This document shows positions 49,038-59,668 of a stretch of DNA of 64,000 bases, piece after piece. The stretch spans positions 61,952 through 125,951 of the forward strand of contig CAZVZC010000002.1 of NCBI GenBank assembly GCA_964631415.1, given 5' to 3'. Each line of letters starts with the position of its first letter. Positions within the stretch are counted from its first letter, which is position 1. The position numbers were made by a program, and so were the translations under genes. The stretch comes from an uncultured archaeon (lineage in GTDB: Archaea > Asgardarchaeota > Thorarchaeia > Thorarchaeales > Thorarchaeaceae). The notes under the pieces were generated by a model that was not told where the DNA came from, searched no databases, and saw nothing but the letters and a program-made list of their open reading frames with translations.

Positions 49038-50132
49038 CTACGCGTACTTGATGCGCGGATCAAGCACACCGTACAGCAGGTCCGCCACGAAGTTCGCCAG
49101 TATCGCAGTGATGGCGATGATCATGAAGATTGACTGTACGACCGGATAGTCCAATGATAATAGGCTGGTGAAGATATATCGTCCCAAGCCGTACCATGTG
49201 AACACCGTTTCAGTCAGTGTCGCTCCATTGATGAGAAAGCCAAACGTGAGAGCGATTACCGTGACCATCGGCAACATGGCATTCTTCAGGCCATGCTTGT
49301 ACAGAACTTGGTTCTCATCTAGCCCCTTGGCCCTCGCTGTGAGGATGTAGTCTTCCGTCATCACGTCAATCAGGTTGTTGCGCATGTAGAGGAAGTAACC
49401 ACCATAGCCACCAACGCCAAGAGCAATCATTGGAAGGAACAGATGGTGTAGAATGTCAGCAGCTATGATGAGACCTCCGAACGGACTCGCCTTCGCTATC
49501 GGCCACAGCTCGGTGTCAATCGTGCCATAGAGGGGAAACGAAATCCACCCACCTGTGATCGACGGTAAGTAGACCGCGAAGATCATCAGCAGCATCATTC
49601 CAAACCAGAAGATCGGCAGTGCATAGATGAAGAGTGCAACCGTGACTGCACTCACGTCCTTTCGAGAACCGGGGTCAGCAGCGACCTTCACACCAGTCCA
49701 GATGCCAAGCAGGATTGCTACAAGAGATGATGTGCCCATGAGCAGCAAGGTGTTAGGCAGTCGTGCCATTATCTCATCGATAACAGGCTGCCCGCTGATG
49801 AAGGACAGACCGAAGTTGCCTGTGAACATGTTGACTAGGTAGCGCCAGAACATGTAGATCCAGTCGAAGATGTCGGGGTCAGGCACTAGACCGAATCTGA
49901 AGTAGAGCTGCTGAAGCATCTCTCGTGTGAGATTGCGTCGCATCTCTTCACTGATCATCAGGTCCACAGGGCTGACACCAAGCACAAGTGTCGGGAGTCT
50001 GAAGAGGAAGAAGTTGAAACATACCACAGCCACGATGAGTAGGAACATGTAGATGCTCCGTCTGATGACGTACTCTCGCAGACCCAATCTTGTCACTCCT
50101 GTACTTACTACTAGAACAGTACCTAGCCTCAC
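49038..50132 (-). CDS. Peptide ABC transporter permease (OppB/DppB-like)
   Basis: Typical OppB topology and C-terminal core (ILTARAKGL...VLDPRIKYA). Confidence 0.85.
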   Translation of the reverse strand: MRLGTVLVVSTGVTRLGLREYVIRRSIYMFLLIVAVVCFNFFLFRLPTLVLGVSPVDLMISEEMRRNLTREMLQQLYFRFGLVPDPDIFDWIYMFWRYLVNMFTGNFGLSFISGQPVIDEIMARLPNTLLLMGTSSLVAILLGIWTGVKVAADPGSRKDVSAVTVALFIYALPIFWFGMMLLMIFAVYLPSITGGWISFPLYGTIDTELWPIAKASPFGGLIIAADILHHLFLPMIALGVGGYGGYFLYMRNNLIDVMTEDYILTARAKGLDENQVLYKHGLKNAMLPMVTVIALTFGFLINGATLTETVFTWYGLGRYIFTSLLSLDYPVVQSIFMIIAITAILANFVADLLYGVLDPRIKYA

Positions 50133-50278
50133 GAGGTACTGACGGCATAACTGGTGCTTAGGTCCCTAATAAGTCTGACGTTCAGAGAATTCATGGCAGC
50201 CCGACAATCCGGTATGAGAGAATCCTGTAAAAGTGGGAGTCCGGGCCTAGTGGGCCCAGACTGCACACCCAAGAGATT

Positions 50279-51859
50279 CTACCGCTCTCGGAGCCGCGGG
50301 TTGAGGACTTGGTCAAGAGTGTGGCCGACAAACGTGAAGGCCAACGAGAGGCTAGTGATCATAAGGCCAGGGAAGACCACGACCCACCATGCCCCATTGG
50401 AAAATCCTCCTGACCCCTGGGCATCTGCGAGCATTCGTCCCCAGCTGGGTTTACTCGGATCAGTCAGACCGAGAAAAGCGAGTCCCGACTCAGATAGAAT
50501 CGCGCCCACAACACCCAGTGTGATGTTGGCAAAGAGGATTGGTGTGACATTGGGTAGGACATGTCTGAAGATGATGTAAGTGTCTGAAGCCCCAATCGCT
50601 CTCGCAGACTCCACGTAGGCCTTATTCTTCTCGGCCATAACTTGGGACCTGATTAGCCGCGAAGTGCCCGTCCACCCTAATATTGCTATGACAATAATGA
50701 TATTCTCAACGGTCGGCCCCAGGAATGCAGCCAAGACCATCATCAGTGGCAGACCAGGAATGACCAACAGGAAGTCCACAACACGCATTAGTATCTCGTC
50801 TACCTTGCCGCCGAAGTAACCCGCCACCAGACCCACTATCACGCCAACGACTGTAGAGAGAGCAGTGGCAAGGACACCGATTGTCAGAGAAACGCGGGAG
50901 CCATAGATGAGCTGGCTCCAAGCGTCAGCACCCTTGTCTGTCGTTCCAAGCAGTCCGTAGTAAGCGCCATAGCAAAACACGCTCAGCTTTGTGAACTTCG
51001 CGGTGACCGAGCCATTGTATGACCTCCACGGATACTCACCCCCGAAGTACCTGAACTCCTTCGTTGGAGCGATACCTACTCCGATCGTCAACGTATCTGT
51101 CGGGTCCTCTTGCGGAGCGCCCGTCTTCGAGTCTGGTACCATTCCACCCCAGCCAGCAAGCATGTCAAGCCAGCTCAGGTCAATGTTTCGGCTCTGTAGA
51201 TCAGAAGAGTAAGGCGGGTACGACTTGTAAACCATCTTCCAGTTCCCTGACGAGTCTATCAGCCAGATGTAAATCTTGAACATCAGACCGGCATACTCAC
51301 GAGTGGCGAAGTCTCCAGTTGTCGTCATGGAGAACTCAATAGTGATGTTAACATCGTTAGGCAGCCTTTCGGGCGTCCAGTCGATTGTTTCATTGAAGAA
51401 CACGAAGTCGCGACAGTCAGGCATATCGCTCAATGGAATTGCCGGCACAACGAAGTCAAGCGTGTGGTTGGCCTCATGTGTCCAAGTGAGGTTCACATAA
51501 CTGGGATCAGAGCTGCCTGTCGAGGCGTGGTGAGCATAGCCGAATTCATCCGGGTTTCCTCTGTACTCGAACACAGGTGCATTCGCCAGATATGGGTCAG
51601 ACATGTACTCCCTCGATACCACTCCATTTGGGTCAAAGACCTGCATCCAAACAGGAGCCATAAAAGTCGGCGCAATCGTCGCGCCTGGAGAAGGGTCATT
51701 AGTGGCAATCCATGGTGCGCCCACAGCCATCACAAGGAAAAAGATCATCAAGATGATTCCAAAGACTCCAATTCGGTGCTTGCGGTACTCTCTGAAGAAA
51801 CCGCTAAGACTGACGTACCAGTTGCTGTCTTTCCAGCTACCCTTTCGCGTTTCGGACAA
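50279..51859 (-). CDS. Peptide ABC transporter permease (OppC/DppC-like), copy 2
   Basis: The C-terminal core is almost identical to copy 1. The N-terminal ectodomain has diverged. Confidence 0.85.
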   Translation of the reverse strand: MSETRKGSWKDSNWYVSLSGFFREYRKHRIGVFGIILMIFFLVMAVGAPWIATNDPSPGATIAPTFMAPVWMQVFDPNGVVSREYMSDPYLANAPVFEYRGNPDEFGYAHHASTGSSDPSYVNLTWTHEANHTLDFVVPAIPLSDMPDCRDFVFFNETIDWTPERLPNDVNITIEFSMTTTGDFATREYAGLMFKIYIWLIDSSGNWKMVYKSYPPYSSDLQSRNIDLSWLDMLAGWGGMVPDSKTGAPQEDPTDTLTIGVGIAPTKEFRYFGGEYPWRSYNGSVTAKFTKLSVFCYGAYYGLLGTTDKGADAWSQLIYGSRVSLTIGVLATALSTVVGVIVGLVAGYFGGKVDEILMRVVDFLLVIPGLPLMMVLAAFLGPTVENIIIVIAILGWTGTSRLIRSQVMAEKNKAYVESARAIGASDTYIIFRHVLPNVTPILFANITLGVVGAILSESGLAFLGLTDPSKPSWGRMLADAQGSGGFSNGAWWVVVFPGLMITSLSLAFTFVGHTLDQVLNPRLRER

Positions 51860-52019
51860 ACACTGACCTCCATCTTTACAGTGGTAGGCAAGCGACGTTT
51901 CTCGCGCTGGACCTCAACACGTCGCTCCTATTCGGTTCGAACGCCACCCCGCATGAGGAAGTCCCCTAAAAAACAGTTTGGTTTGAGTAAGGCTAGATGA
52001 CAGTAGCCAAGTACTGCTA

Positions 52020-52337
52020 CTAGTCCTTCTCCCTGCCCACTTCCTCCTCGAACGGATCTTGGACAGTCATGTCGGTCTTAGCGGATGGGCTCCTAGCCTG
52101 TCGGGCCTTCACTATGTCCTTTGTTCTCCTAGAAGCGGCCCACAGGTCTGCAAAGACCATGCCTACTAGAAAAATGGATAGGACGCCGGCCAGTGAAATC
52201 ACAGCTCCGATGAAGCCAGTCGACAACCACGGATGCATGTACACCAAGAGCATTCCCACGATAATCAGTACAACTGGCACGAGGAGTATGCGCTTGCGGG
52301 GTTCGCTGTGTGTTTCAGGAAACGACCTTACTGACAT
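52020..52337 (-). CDS. Small two-TM membrane protein (105 aa)
   Basis: Hydrophobic core (LLVPVVLIIVGMLLV...AVISLAGVLSIFLVGMV). Lies between the permease operon and the divergent ATPase genes. Confidence 0.35.
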   Translation of the reverse strand: MSVRSFPETHSEPRKRILLVPVVLIIVGMLLVYMHPWLSTGFIGAVISLAGVLSIFLVGMVFADLWAASRRTKDIVKARQARSPSAKTDMTVQDPFEEEVGREKD

Positions 52338-52614
52338 ATTACCTGGAGCAGTCGAAGAGCACTGCTTTTACTCTTTTCGACCCGAGCCCTTGTCGGAAAC
52401 ACACTCCAGCCCTTTGTTCCTGCCCAACGGTCATCATTCAGCCAAGCGTCCTCTGATGACTCATCTGAGGCGGCTCATCCTTGACGAACAGACTGGTCTT
52501 CGGTCTGTCGTCGAAAGGAACATATTTAAGCCGACTGAAAAGCATCGACACTCCAGAAGGGTGAGTAAGGACCACACCCATGGTGACTTGAGAGCCCTGG
52601 CGGAGAATACCAAC

Positions 52615-53604
52615 ATGCCTTTGCTCGATATCAGATCCCTACGCATGTATTATCAGACACAGAAAGGTCTGGTCAAGGCTGTGGACAATGTTTCGCTGCA
52701 ACTAGAGGCCGGTGAGTCGCTTGGTCTCGCAGGGGAGAGTGGCTGCGGAAAGAGCAGCTTGGCGTACAGTGTTATGCAGCTTCTGCCTCCAGCCGCGAAC
52801 ATCGTTGGCGGCAACTGCTACTTCAAGGGTGAGGACCTTCTGCGAAAGAGCGCAAGGGAGATGCGTGACATCAGATGGAAGAACATCGCCATCGTCTTCC
52901 AAGGAGCCATGAATGCTCTCAACCCAGTGTTTGAGATCGGTGCCCAGATCGCAGAAGCCATTCTGATGCATGAGAACGTGACCGAGGAAGAGGCCCTAGA
53001 CCGCTGCGCAAAACTGTTCGAGATGGTCGGGCTTGACCCGGGTCGGATTCACAACTACCCACATGAGTTCAGCGGAGGAATGCGTCAAAGAGCCATGATC
53101 GCAATGGCGCTCGCCTGTAACCCGGACTTGGTCATTGCAGACGAGCCAACGACAGCACTAGACGTTACAATCCAGGCGCAGATACTGAAGCTTATGCAGA
53201 AGCTGCAGAAGGACTTGGGGCTCTCGCTCATGCTGATCACCCACGACCTCAGTGTTATCGCCGAAACCTGTGACAAGGTCGCAATCATGTACGCCGGACG
53301 GATTGCGGAACTGGCAGATGTCGTTTCGGTCTTCAAGGATCCGATTCATCCATACGCCACAGGGCTCGTGGGTGCGATCCCAAGCATGGTGAAGGCTGAG
53401 AAGAAGACGCTCAGCTCAATCCCAGGTTCTCCACCTGATCTCATTGACCCACCAACTGGTTGTAGGTTTCATCCTAGGTGCCCATATGCCCAAGACATAT
53501 GCTCCAAAGAGGAACCCAGCTTCGATGAGATTGAGCCAGGCAGATTCGTGTCATGTCACTTCGCTGCAAAGCTCAAGGGCCAGATCAAGTTGGAACTGGA
53601 TTAG
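52615..53604 (+). CDS. Peptide ABC transporter ATP-binding protein (OppD/DppD-like)
   Basis: Walker A GESGCGKS, signature SGGMRQR, Walker [13 protein letters not shown], and the C-terminal oligopeptide-ATPase extension ([10 protein letters not shown]). The start at ATG 52615 (MPLLDIRSL) is preferred. The listed 52069 start overlaps the divergent small gene. Confidence 0.85.
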   Translation: MPLLDIRSLRMYYQTQKGLVKAVDNVSLQLEAGESLGLAGESGCGKSSLAYSVMQLLPPAANIVGGNCYFKGEDLLRKSAREMRDIRWKNIAIVFQGAMNALNPVFEIGAQIAEAILMHENVTEEEALDRCAKLFEMVGLDPGRIHNYPHEFSGGMRQRAMIAMALACNPDLVIADEPTTALDVTIQAQILKLMQKLQKDLGLSLMLITHDLSVIAETCDKVAIMYAGRIAELADVVSVFKDPIHPYATGLVGAIPSMVKAEKKTLSSIPGSPPDLIDPPTGCRFHPRCPYAQDICSKEEPSFDEIEPGRFVSCHFAAKLKGQIKLELD

Positions 53605-53615
53605 GAGGATAGATA

Positions 53616-54677
53616 ATGACAACGCAAGAAGGCAGATACCTAACCCAGATCGCTGAGGTGTCCGAGGGGCAGACTCTAGTGGCTGTAAAGGCTATGCGGA
53701 AGTGGTTCCCAGTCAATACGGGATTCCTCTCATCACTGCTATACAAGCAAGAGATGTACGTTAGAGCCGTGGACGGAGTCACCTTCGACATCAAGAAGGG
53801 TGAAATCCTTGTTCTTGCCGGCGAGTCAGGCTGTGGCAAGACGACAACTGGTCGATGCGTGCTCTACTTGGAAACCCCTACAGACGGCCAAGTAGTATAC
53901 TCGGGGGTAGATCTCTCCACACTGGACAGAGCTGAGATGAAGGAACTCAGAAAGAGAATGCAGATCACCTTCCAAGACCCCTACGAATCGTTGAACCCCA
54001 AGCAAAGCATCTTCAGCATCGTTTCCGAGCCACTCACGATTCACAAGATACCTATGACTCCCAGTCAGAGAAGACAGAGAGTTCTGGAGGTGCTCGAGAG
54101 TGTCGCACTGACCCCCCCTGAAGACTACATCGATAGGTATCCCCACGAACTGTCTGGTGGGCAGCGACAGAGGATATCGGTCGCGAGAGCGCTAATCCTT
54201 CACCCCGAGTTCATGGTCGCTGATGAGCCAGTATCAATGCTAGACGTTTCAATCAGAGCCGAAATCCTCAACCTGCTGCTGAAGCTCAGAAAGGATCTGG
54301 GTCTGACCTACCTCTTCATCACTCACGATCTTGCTGTGGCAACCTACATCGCGGATCGCATAGCTATCATGTATCTGGGCAGAATCATGGAGATAGGGCC
54401 TGCCCACGATGTGGCCTTCAGTCCCATGCACCCCTACACACGCGCATTGATATCAGCTGTACCGTCCGGGGACCCGACAGTGAAGCGTCGTGTCGAATCC
54501 TTGAAAGGTGAGCCGCCAAGCCCAATCAATGTACCTCCGGGTTGTAGATTTCATCCAAGGTGCCCATATGCCCAGGAGATCTGCGTCAGGGAGGTACCTG
54601 CCGACAGGGACATGGGCGACGAGCACTATGTCGCATGCCACTTCGCTGGCGAGCTAGGCGAAAGTCCAATGGCGTGA
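53616..54677 (+). CDS. Peptide ABC transporter ATP-binding protein (OppF/DppF-like)
   Basis: [35 protein letters not shown], and a C-terminal [10 protein letters not shown]. Confidence 0.85.
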   Translation: MTTQEGRYLTQIAEVSEGQTLVAVKAMRKWFPVNTGFLSSLLYKQEMYVRAVDGVTFDIKKGEILVLAGESGCGKTTTGRCVLYLETPTDGQVVYSGVDLSTLDRAEMKELRKRMQITFQDPYESLNPKQSIFSIVSEPLTIHKIPMTPSQRRQRVLEVLESVALTPPEDYIDRYPHELSGGQRQRISVARALILHPEFMVADEPVSMLDVSIRAEILNLLLKLRKDLGLTYLFITHDLAVATYIADRIAIMYLGRIMEIGPAHDVAFSPMHPYTRALISAVPSGDPTVKRRVESLKGEPPSPINVPPGCRFHPRCPYAQEICVREVPADRDMGDEHYVACHFAGELGESPMA

Positions 54678-54755
54678 CAGGTTTCTGCCGCTTTCAGGAT
54701 GATTGCGCTCAGCGTTCAGTGCATACGTCGTTGAAAATCACTGGGAGGCACACAG

Positions 54756-55184
54756 GTGTCAGAACGACTCAGAGTATTGAAGGCAATAAGGAAATGCCTC
54801 TCGGACGCCCACAGCTCCTTCCAAGAAGCCATGGATGTACTGGACGAGATGGGGAGAGGATCGGTCGGGGTGGGAATGACCCCACTTGTTGGAGGATTCG
54901 CCATGAAGGATCCCAAGAGTGGCTACAGAACAGCTCTCATAAGCCTCGACTGTGCAGAAAAGGCTCTTCAGCCTCTAGCTGTGCGCCTACGTGATGGCAG
55001 GGTCAATGCGACTCACTTCAGAGAGGAGCGAGCCATGAGCCTGCTTGGAGACCTGATCAACTTCGACTACGACGTGCTGATTAGCATGTTGTCCGAACGA
55101 AGAGGAAGAGAGTCTGTTTGGTACCGACTGAGTGAGCTCAGCAAGATAGCAGAGCAAGCCTACCAGCTGGTCTTGACAGAGTAG
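54756..55184 (+). CDS. Hypothetical protein (142 aa)
   Basis: A GTG start with GGGAGG 7 nt upstream. Helical, no motif. First gene of a three-gene + strand unit ending in the giant ligase. Confidence 0.45.
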   Translation: MSERLRVLKAIRKCLSDAHSSFQEAMDVLDEMGRGSVGVGMTPLVGGFAMKDPKSGYRTALISLDCAEKALQPLAVRLRDGRVNATHFREERAMSLLGDLINFDYDVLISMLSERRGRESVWYRLSELSKIAEQAYQLVLTE

Positions 55185-55274
55185 CCTGCAGTCTACTTCG
55201 TACCAGCTGACAAACATAATAACGCTACTATGCCCATGGGCATGTGAAAGCCAGAAAGGTGTGCGAAAGCATCG

Positions 55275-55946
55275 ATGACCATGCGACCTACTGAGGAAGA
55301 GCTCGTCACACAGCTCCGCAGAGCATCTCGTCTTCTTGAACGACTGATTCAGTCGGTCCCCCGTATGAGCAGTGAACTGAGCCGCATGGAACAGGACTAT
55401 GTCTTGAGAGAGGCTCCACCCAAAGTCGTCTACAAGCGTCGTAATCCGAGAGCCATCGTGTGCATCACTTCCGCTCTCATCCATAACGACCCGCTCGCGG
55501 CATCGTTGTCACTCATCACCTACGGTGCTTCTTGGCCATCCCTCCTACGGGCTGGCGATCCCACCGAGTCGCCAGATACCTGCGAAACCATTGTGGACAC
55601 CGTATTGCCCGAGGTCGCGAAACTGAGCGGCGATATCCTCGTGATGAACCTGAAGTGGGGGCGCATGCCAGACGATTTGGAGAAGGCCAAAGCCGCAATA
55701 GTCGGAACCAGGTTTATACTGGCAAGTAAAGAGAAGCTCGAGTCAATAAGGAAGTCGATCAGTGGCGCTGGCATGGAAGTCTTCTATGACGACGGGTTGT
55801 ATGGTGGAGGACTCCTTGCCTACGACTTGGTGAGAGCCCTCAACGAGAAAGCCGATGCTACTGTGGTTGAAGTCACACTCTCTAGGACTGCTGCTGAGAG
55901 TGCCAACATGATTCAGTCTCTGCTTCGGGCAGTCACATCAATCTAG
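55275..55946 (+). CDS. Hypothetical protein (223 aa), co-transcribed (4-nt gap) with the giant GCS2-fusion gene
   Basis: ATG-start ORF. A possible Rossmann-like core (AIVCITSAL...DILVMNL...AIVGTRFILAS). Function unknown. Confidence 0.45.
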   Translation: MTMRPTEEELVTQLRRASRLLERLIQSVPRMSSELSRMEQDYVLREAPPKVVYKRRNPRAIVCITSALIHNDPLAASLSLITYGASWPSLLRAGDPTESPDTCETIVDTVLPEVAKLSGDILVMNLKWGRMPDDLEKAKAAIVGTRFILASKEKLESIRKSISGAGMEVFYDDGLYGGGLLAYDLVRALNEKADATVVEVTLSRTAAESANMIQSLLRAVTSI

Positions 55947-55950
55947 GTGC

Positions 55951-58900
55951 ATGACCATGCCAGCGGAGCTTTCTGACAAGAAGGAAACGAAGCTGCCGTT
56001 TCCTCACGGTATCGAGGTCGAGCTCCAGGTCATCAGAAAAGACGGCTCATGGATGAGAGGAGATGAGATCCTCAACGTCTTTGACAAAATGGTTTCTGGA
56101 GCCAAGGGGCTTCTGGACAAGAGAATACGAGCCGCCCAAGTGGACTCAGTGAGAAGGAAGTACAAACAGTCTTCCCAAACCGAAGAGGGCGAGAGAGGAT
56201 CGAGAGTTGTGGCAAGCTACGAAGACCCTCAGGGAAGCATGAAGGAATACACACTCATCGGCCACGACCCGAACGTCACCAGCCTGACATGGATTCTCGA
56301 GGTGGCGACGCCCCCATGTACCACTCTGGAAGAACTAGCGTGGTGGGTACAGACTCTGGTTGCAATAACTCACGAGTCAATCCCAAAAGAGTCACGCGCA
56401 ATCGTGGTTTCCACTGGCCTCAACCCGACGCAGGAGTATCTGAAGAACCTCTCATTTGGTGAACACCACCATATCCTGAGCAGTAGTGTGGATGACAAGG
56501 TCAGAATAGCAGTATACAACATGATACGCAACTTCGTCCCCCATCTCATCGCAATCTCGGTGAACTCACCCTTCGAGAGCAAGAAGCCGACAGACATTGT
56601 GAGCATTGACGGCGATGGCCTAACACGGGCCCCCAAATGCAAACGATCAATACGACTGCTCAAGAACACAACGCAAATGGGTCCCGTCAACGAGTTCGAA
56701 TTCATTCCCTATATCAACAGTACGGACAAGGAGTCCTTTGCAAGGCATGTAAACAGAAGCTATGCACGCATGGTGGACGTCTATCCCTTCACTAACTACG
56801 GGACGATTGAAGTTCGCGTTTTCGACACTCAACTGTCCGTCCCTCGAAGAGTGAGTCTCGCGCTCATACTCCAAGCCCTCGCCCTGAGAGCGAAGAGGAT
56901 GGTCGAGGCGGGACAGGAAATACCCGATGTCGGAGCTCGTTCACTTGCGGCAAACCGTGAGTCGGCAGTCGCAGCTGGACTCTGGGCGCCATTCAAACCC
57001 GGGGTCAGCGAGAAGAACGAGGAGTACATGGCAAGCTACAACGGCGCAGTGAAGGAGGACGGTACGTACGACAAGTCCCACCGTAGCAGATTCATCGGCG
57101 ATGCAGTCGTTTCGATGTTTCACATGATCAGACAAGAGATGGAAGAACTCGGACTACTCGACAATCCGTTCATGCAGCCGTTATTTGTGTCCATCTTTGG
57201 CAGTGACTTCGTGACAGCCAAGACAACGGAGGCGGACTTCCAGCTTGAGGTTTATGCTAAGTCAGACATGAACATGATGGTTCTGTTGAACCGGCTCGCG
57301 GACATAACACGGGAGTGCTGCACCAACTGGCTCTACGACCCGCTAGAGGGCACTCCTCATCTGCCAACATGGCTCTGCTGGTGGAAAGGACTTGAACCTG
57401 AGATAACTACGGATTCCGAAAGGACGTTCGGAGGTCAAGAGGCAGAGTTCTCAATCTCACTCAAGAACTCAAGTGACAGGGACATCTCCGATCTGACGAT
57501 AACATACACGGTTGAGGACTCGGACAGACATGTCGTGGACCAAAATGTTATTCCCATAGCCGAGCTTGAAGCGGGCGAAGTCCATGTGGCCAGAGTTTCG
57601 TTCAAGACGAGGAGCACGGCCTCCGCCTACAACGTCATAGCTGTTGTCGAGGCCGCGGGGAAGAGAATCAACAAGACCGCAACAATCAACATATTCTGGT
57701 TGAGAGCAACCGTGCGACCCTCCGCCACAACGCAGTATGCGGATGGTCGGAGCCACATCAGCTTCTCGGGTGAGATTGAAACCAACTACCCCCACGTCAC
57801 TAAGTTAACAGCAAAGATAGCAGTGGTTGCTCAGGCCAGAGGGAGTCTGTTGGGAGAGGTGACGCGCTCGATTGTTGTGGAGATAGGTGAGGTGTTCATC
57901 TTTGATGAGTCGGGCATCCCGCCAATCATCGTACCACCAGATCCGTCGCTGAGTGTTGAGAGATGCTTCCTCCGCATGACTCTGTCAGACCAGAGTGGCA
58001 ATGAAATCACGACGGCCACGTCGAGACCGTTCTACATAGGGTTCATCCAACGGGGACCACGAGTCTTGCTCCGAACTGATGCCAAAACCGTTCATACACC
58101 CGGTGATGTGTTGCACGGAGAAACGGAGCTGAAAGGGAGAGGAGCAGGTCTCCCCGAAGGTACGCGGCTAACGATATCGTTCGTTACAGAATCAGGTGTT
58201 TCTCACTCCATCACGGACGTAAGTGCGTCAAGACTGCTTTCCGAGTCAATCAGGTTCGAGTGGCGAATACCCGCAATCGAATCAGATGAGATCTCTGACA
58301 GAACAGGTGTGGTCGTCGCCTCGCTTAGAAGTGGGAGCGGCGAAATCTCACATGCAGAGTCAGCAAGGCTGCGGATTGCGGATCTGGGCGTCAGAATCAG
58401 CATCCTTTCTCTTAGGGCACCTGAGATGTCACACGTTGGAGGTCCCATATCCGGATGGCTGAGGATAAGGAGGAGCTCTGACTTGGGAGAGCCGGCCACC
58501 CTTGTAATGAAGTTCGTGTTTCCGGACGGCGAGGAGCACAAGGCCTTCACCCAAGCCATCAAACAGAACCGGAACCTCTCAGTTGCCTATGGTCCTATTC
58601 TGATCCCGATGCCGCAGGCATCAAATGCAGACAAGGTGACACTTGTGGCCGAGGTCCTCTATGCCGGTGCCTTGATGGACCGGCAAGCTGCCGACATCAT
58701 GCTGGCAGGCGGGCCGGTTGATGAGAGACTGAGCCTGAGCTTCAGTGGAGTGTCAAAGTTCGTGATCCCTGACGAGCTTGTACACGCGGCGGTCCACCTT
58801 ACGAACACTTCTTCGGAGCGGGTGAACTGTCATCTTTCATTGGTGCTCGAGTCGATAGCAGAAACAGAGAATCTGCTTGACCAACAGGTCGAACTTGGTC

Positions 58901-59394
58901 CCGAGCAGACAAGGGCATTCGGCGTCCCTGTGAGAATACCCTTGACTGCCGAGATGAGTACGGCAGAATTGAAAGCAGTTGCATCCTGTGAAGAGGGTAC
59001 ATATGAAGCGAAACATGTGTTCAAGGTGAAGGCCATTGACAAACCGCTTTTCTTTATCGACTTCTCAGCTAGGAATGAGAGAGGTGAGGACATTCATGGG
59101 CTCGTCCCGAGGGAATCACCAGTCGACATCGGTGTGCGCTTGCGCTGTCCGAGAGAGGACGTTGAGGGGCTTACTCTTGCTGTTCGAGTGTTGTCGAAAA
59201 GAGACGTTGTTAAGGAGTTCATGATCCCAGTCACAGGCAGCGAGAGCGCTGACTTCAAGCGCACGCTCAGCTGGATCACCCCAACGGTAGAGGTTGTAAC
59301 CGGCTACTATATCGATGCACTTCTCCTTCTAGGCGGCACTCCTCTTCCCAGCCGTTCGATCGACGTTGTCCGAAAACAGATCACTGTCTACTGA
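55951..59394 (+). CDS. Giant protein (1147 aa): N-terminal GCS2-family carboxylate-amine ligase (glutamate-cysteine ligase family 2, YbdK-like) fused to ~750 aa of beta-rich tandem repeats
   Basis: The N-terminal ~400 aa carry GCS2 hallmarks: HGIEVELQVIRKDGSW, FGEHHHI, LIAISVNSPF and TIEVRVFDTQL. The C-terminal region has at least six ~100-120-aa units with a recurring pattern (FGGQEAEFSISL..., SFSGEIETNYP..., GDVLHGETELKG..., VGGPISGWLRIR..., LSFSGVSKFVIP..., IDFSARNERGED...). Confidence 0.7.
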   Translation: MTMPAELSDKKETKLPFPHGIEVELQVIRKDGSWMRGDEILNVFDKMVSGAKGLLDKRIRAAQVDSVRRKYKQSSQTEEGERGSRVVASYEDPQGSMKEYTLIGHDPNVTSLTWILEVATPPCTTLEELAWWVQTLVAITHESIPKESRAIVVSTGLNPTQEYLKNLSFGEHHHILSSSVDDKVRIAVYNMIRNFVPHLIAISVNSPFESKKPTDIVSIDGDGLTRAPKCKRSIRLLKNTTQMGPVNEFEFIPYINSTDKESFARHVNRSYARMVDVYPFTNYGTIEVRVFDTQLSVPRRVSLALILQALALRAKRMVEAGQEIPDVGARSLAANRESAVAAGLWAPFKPGVSEKNEEYMASYNGAVKEDGTYDKSHRSRFIGDAVVSMFHMIRQEMEELGLLDNPFMQPLFVSIFGSDFVTAKTTEADFQLEVYAKSDMNMMVLLNRLADITRECCTNWLYDPLEGTPHLPTWLCWWKGLEPEITTDSERTFGGQEAEFSISLKNSSDRDISDLTITYTVEDSDRHVVDQNVIPIAELEAGEVHVARVSFKTRSTASAYNVIAVVEAAGKRINKTATINIFWLRATVRPSATTQYADGRSHISFSGEIETNYPHVTKLTAKIAVVAQARGSLLGEVTRSIVVEIGEVFIFDESGIPPIIVPPDPSLSVERCFLRMTLSDQSGNEITTATSRPFYIGFIQRGPRVLLRTDAKTVHTPGDVLHGETELKGRGAGLPEGTRLTISFVTESGVSHSITDVSASRLLSESIRFEWRIPAIESDEISDRTGVVVASLRSGSGEISHAESARLRIADLGVRISILSLRAPEMSHVGGPISGWLRIRRSSDLGEPATLVMKFVFPDGEEHKAFTQAIKQNRNLSVAYGPILIPMPQASNADKVTLVAEVLYAGALMDRQAADIMLAGGPVDERLSLSFSGVSKFVIPDELVHAAVHLTNTSSERVNCHLSLVLESIAETENLLDQQVELGPEQTRAFGVPVRIPLTAEMSTAELKAVASCEEGTYEAKHVFKVKAIDKPLFFIDFSARNERGEDIHGLVPRESPVDIGVRLRCPREDVEGLTLAVRVLSKRDVVKEFMIPVTGSESADFKRTLSWITPTVEVVTGYYIDALLLLGGTPLPSRSIDVVRKQITVY

Positions 59395-59668
59395 TGAGCC
59401 GCTCACATCCCATCATAGCAACAGCCGCCATAGTCAGATGAAGTTCATTAGCAGGATCGCTCGCACCAATCCATATCTGGAGAAGGCAAACTGCGATTCT
59501 GCCCGCTTTCTGGCCTTTCTACCGCACGACCCATGGCAAAGGTATAAAAAGGGCGAGAGGAATGCCACACGATAAGAAGAGTCGCTAGCCACTACCTGAT
59601 GTATATGTATAGAATACTACGGAAAACATCATACGAGTCACAAACGCGAAAAACAGACGCTCGGATGG

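Noticed and set aside
52069-52614. 182-aa N-terminal extension of the OppD-like ATPase ORF
   Set aside because: Overlaps the divergent small membrane-protein gene and has no ABC homology. The canonical MPLLDIRSL start is at 52615.
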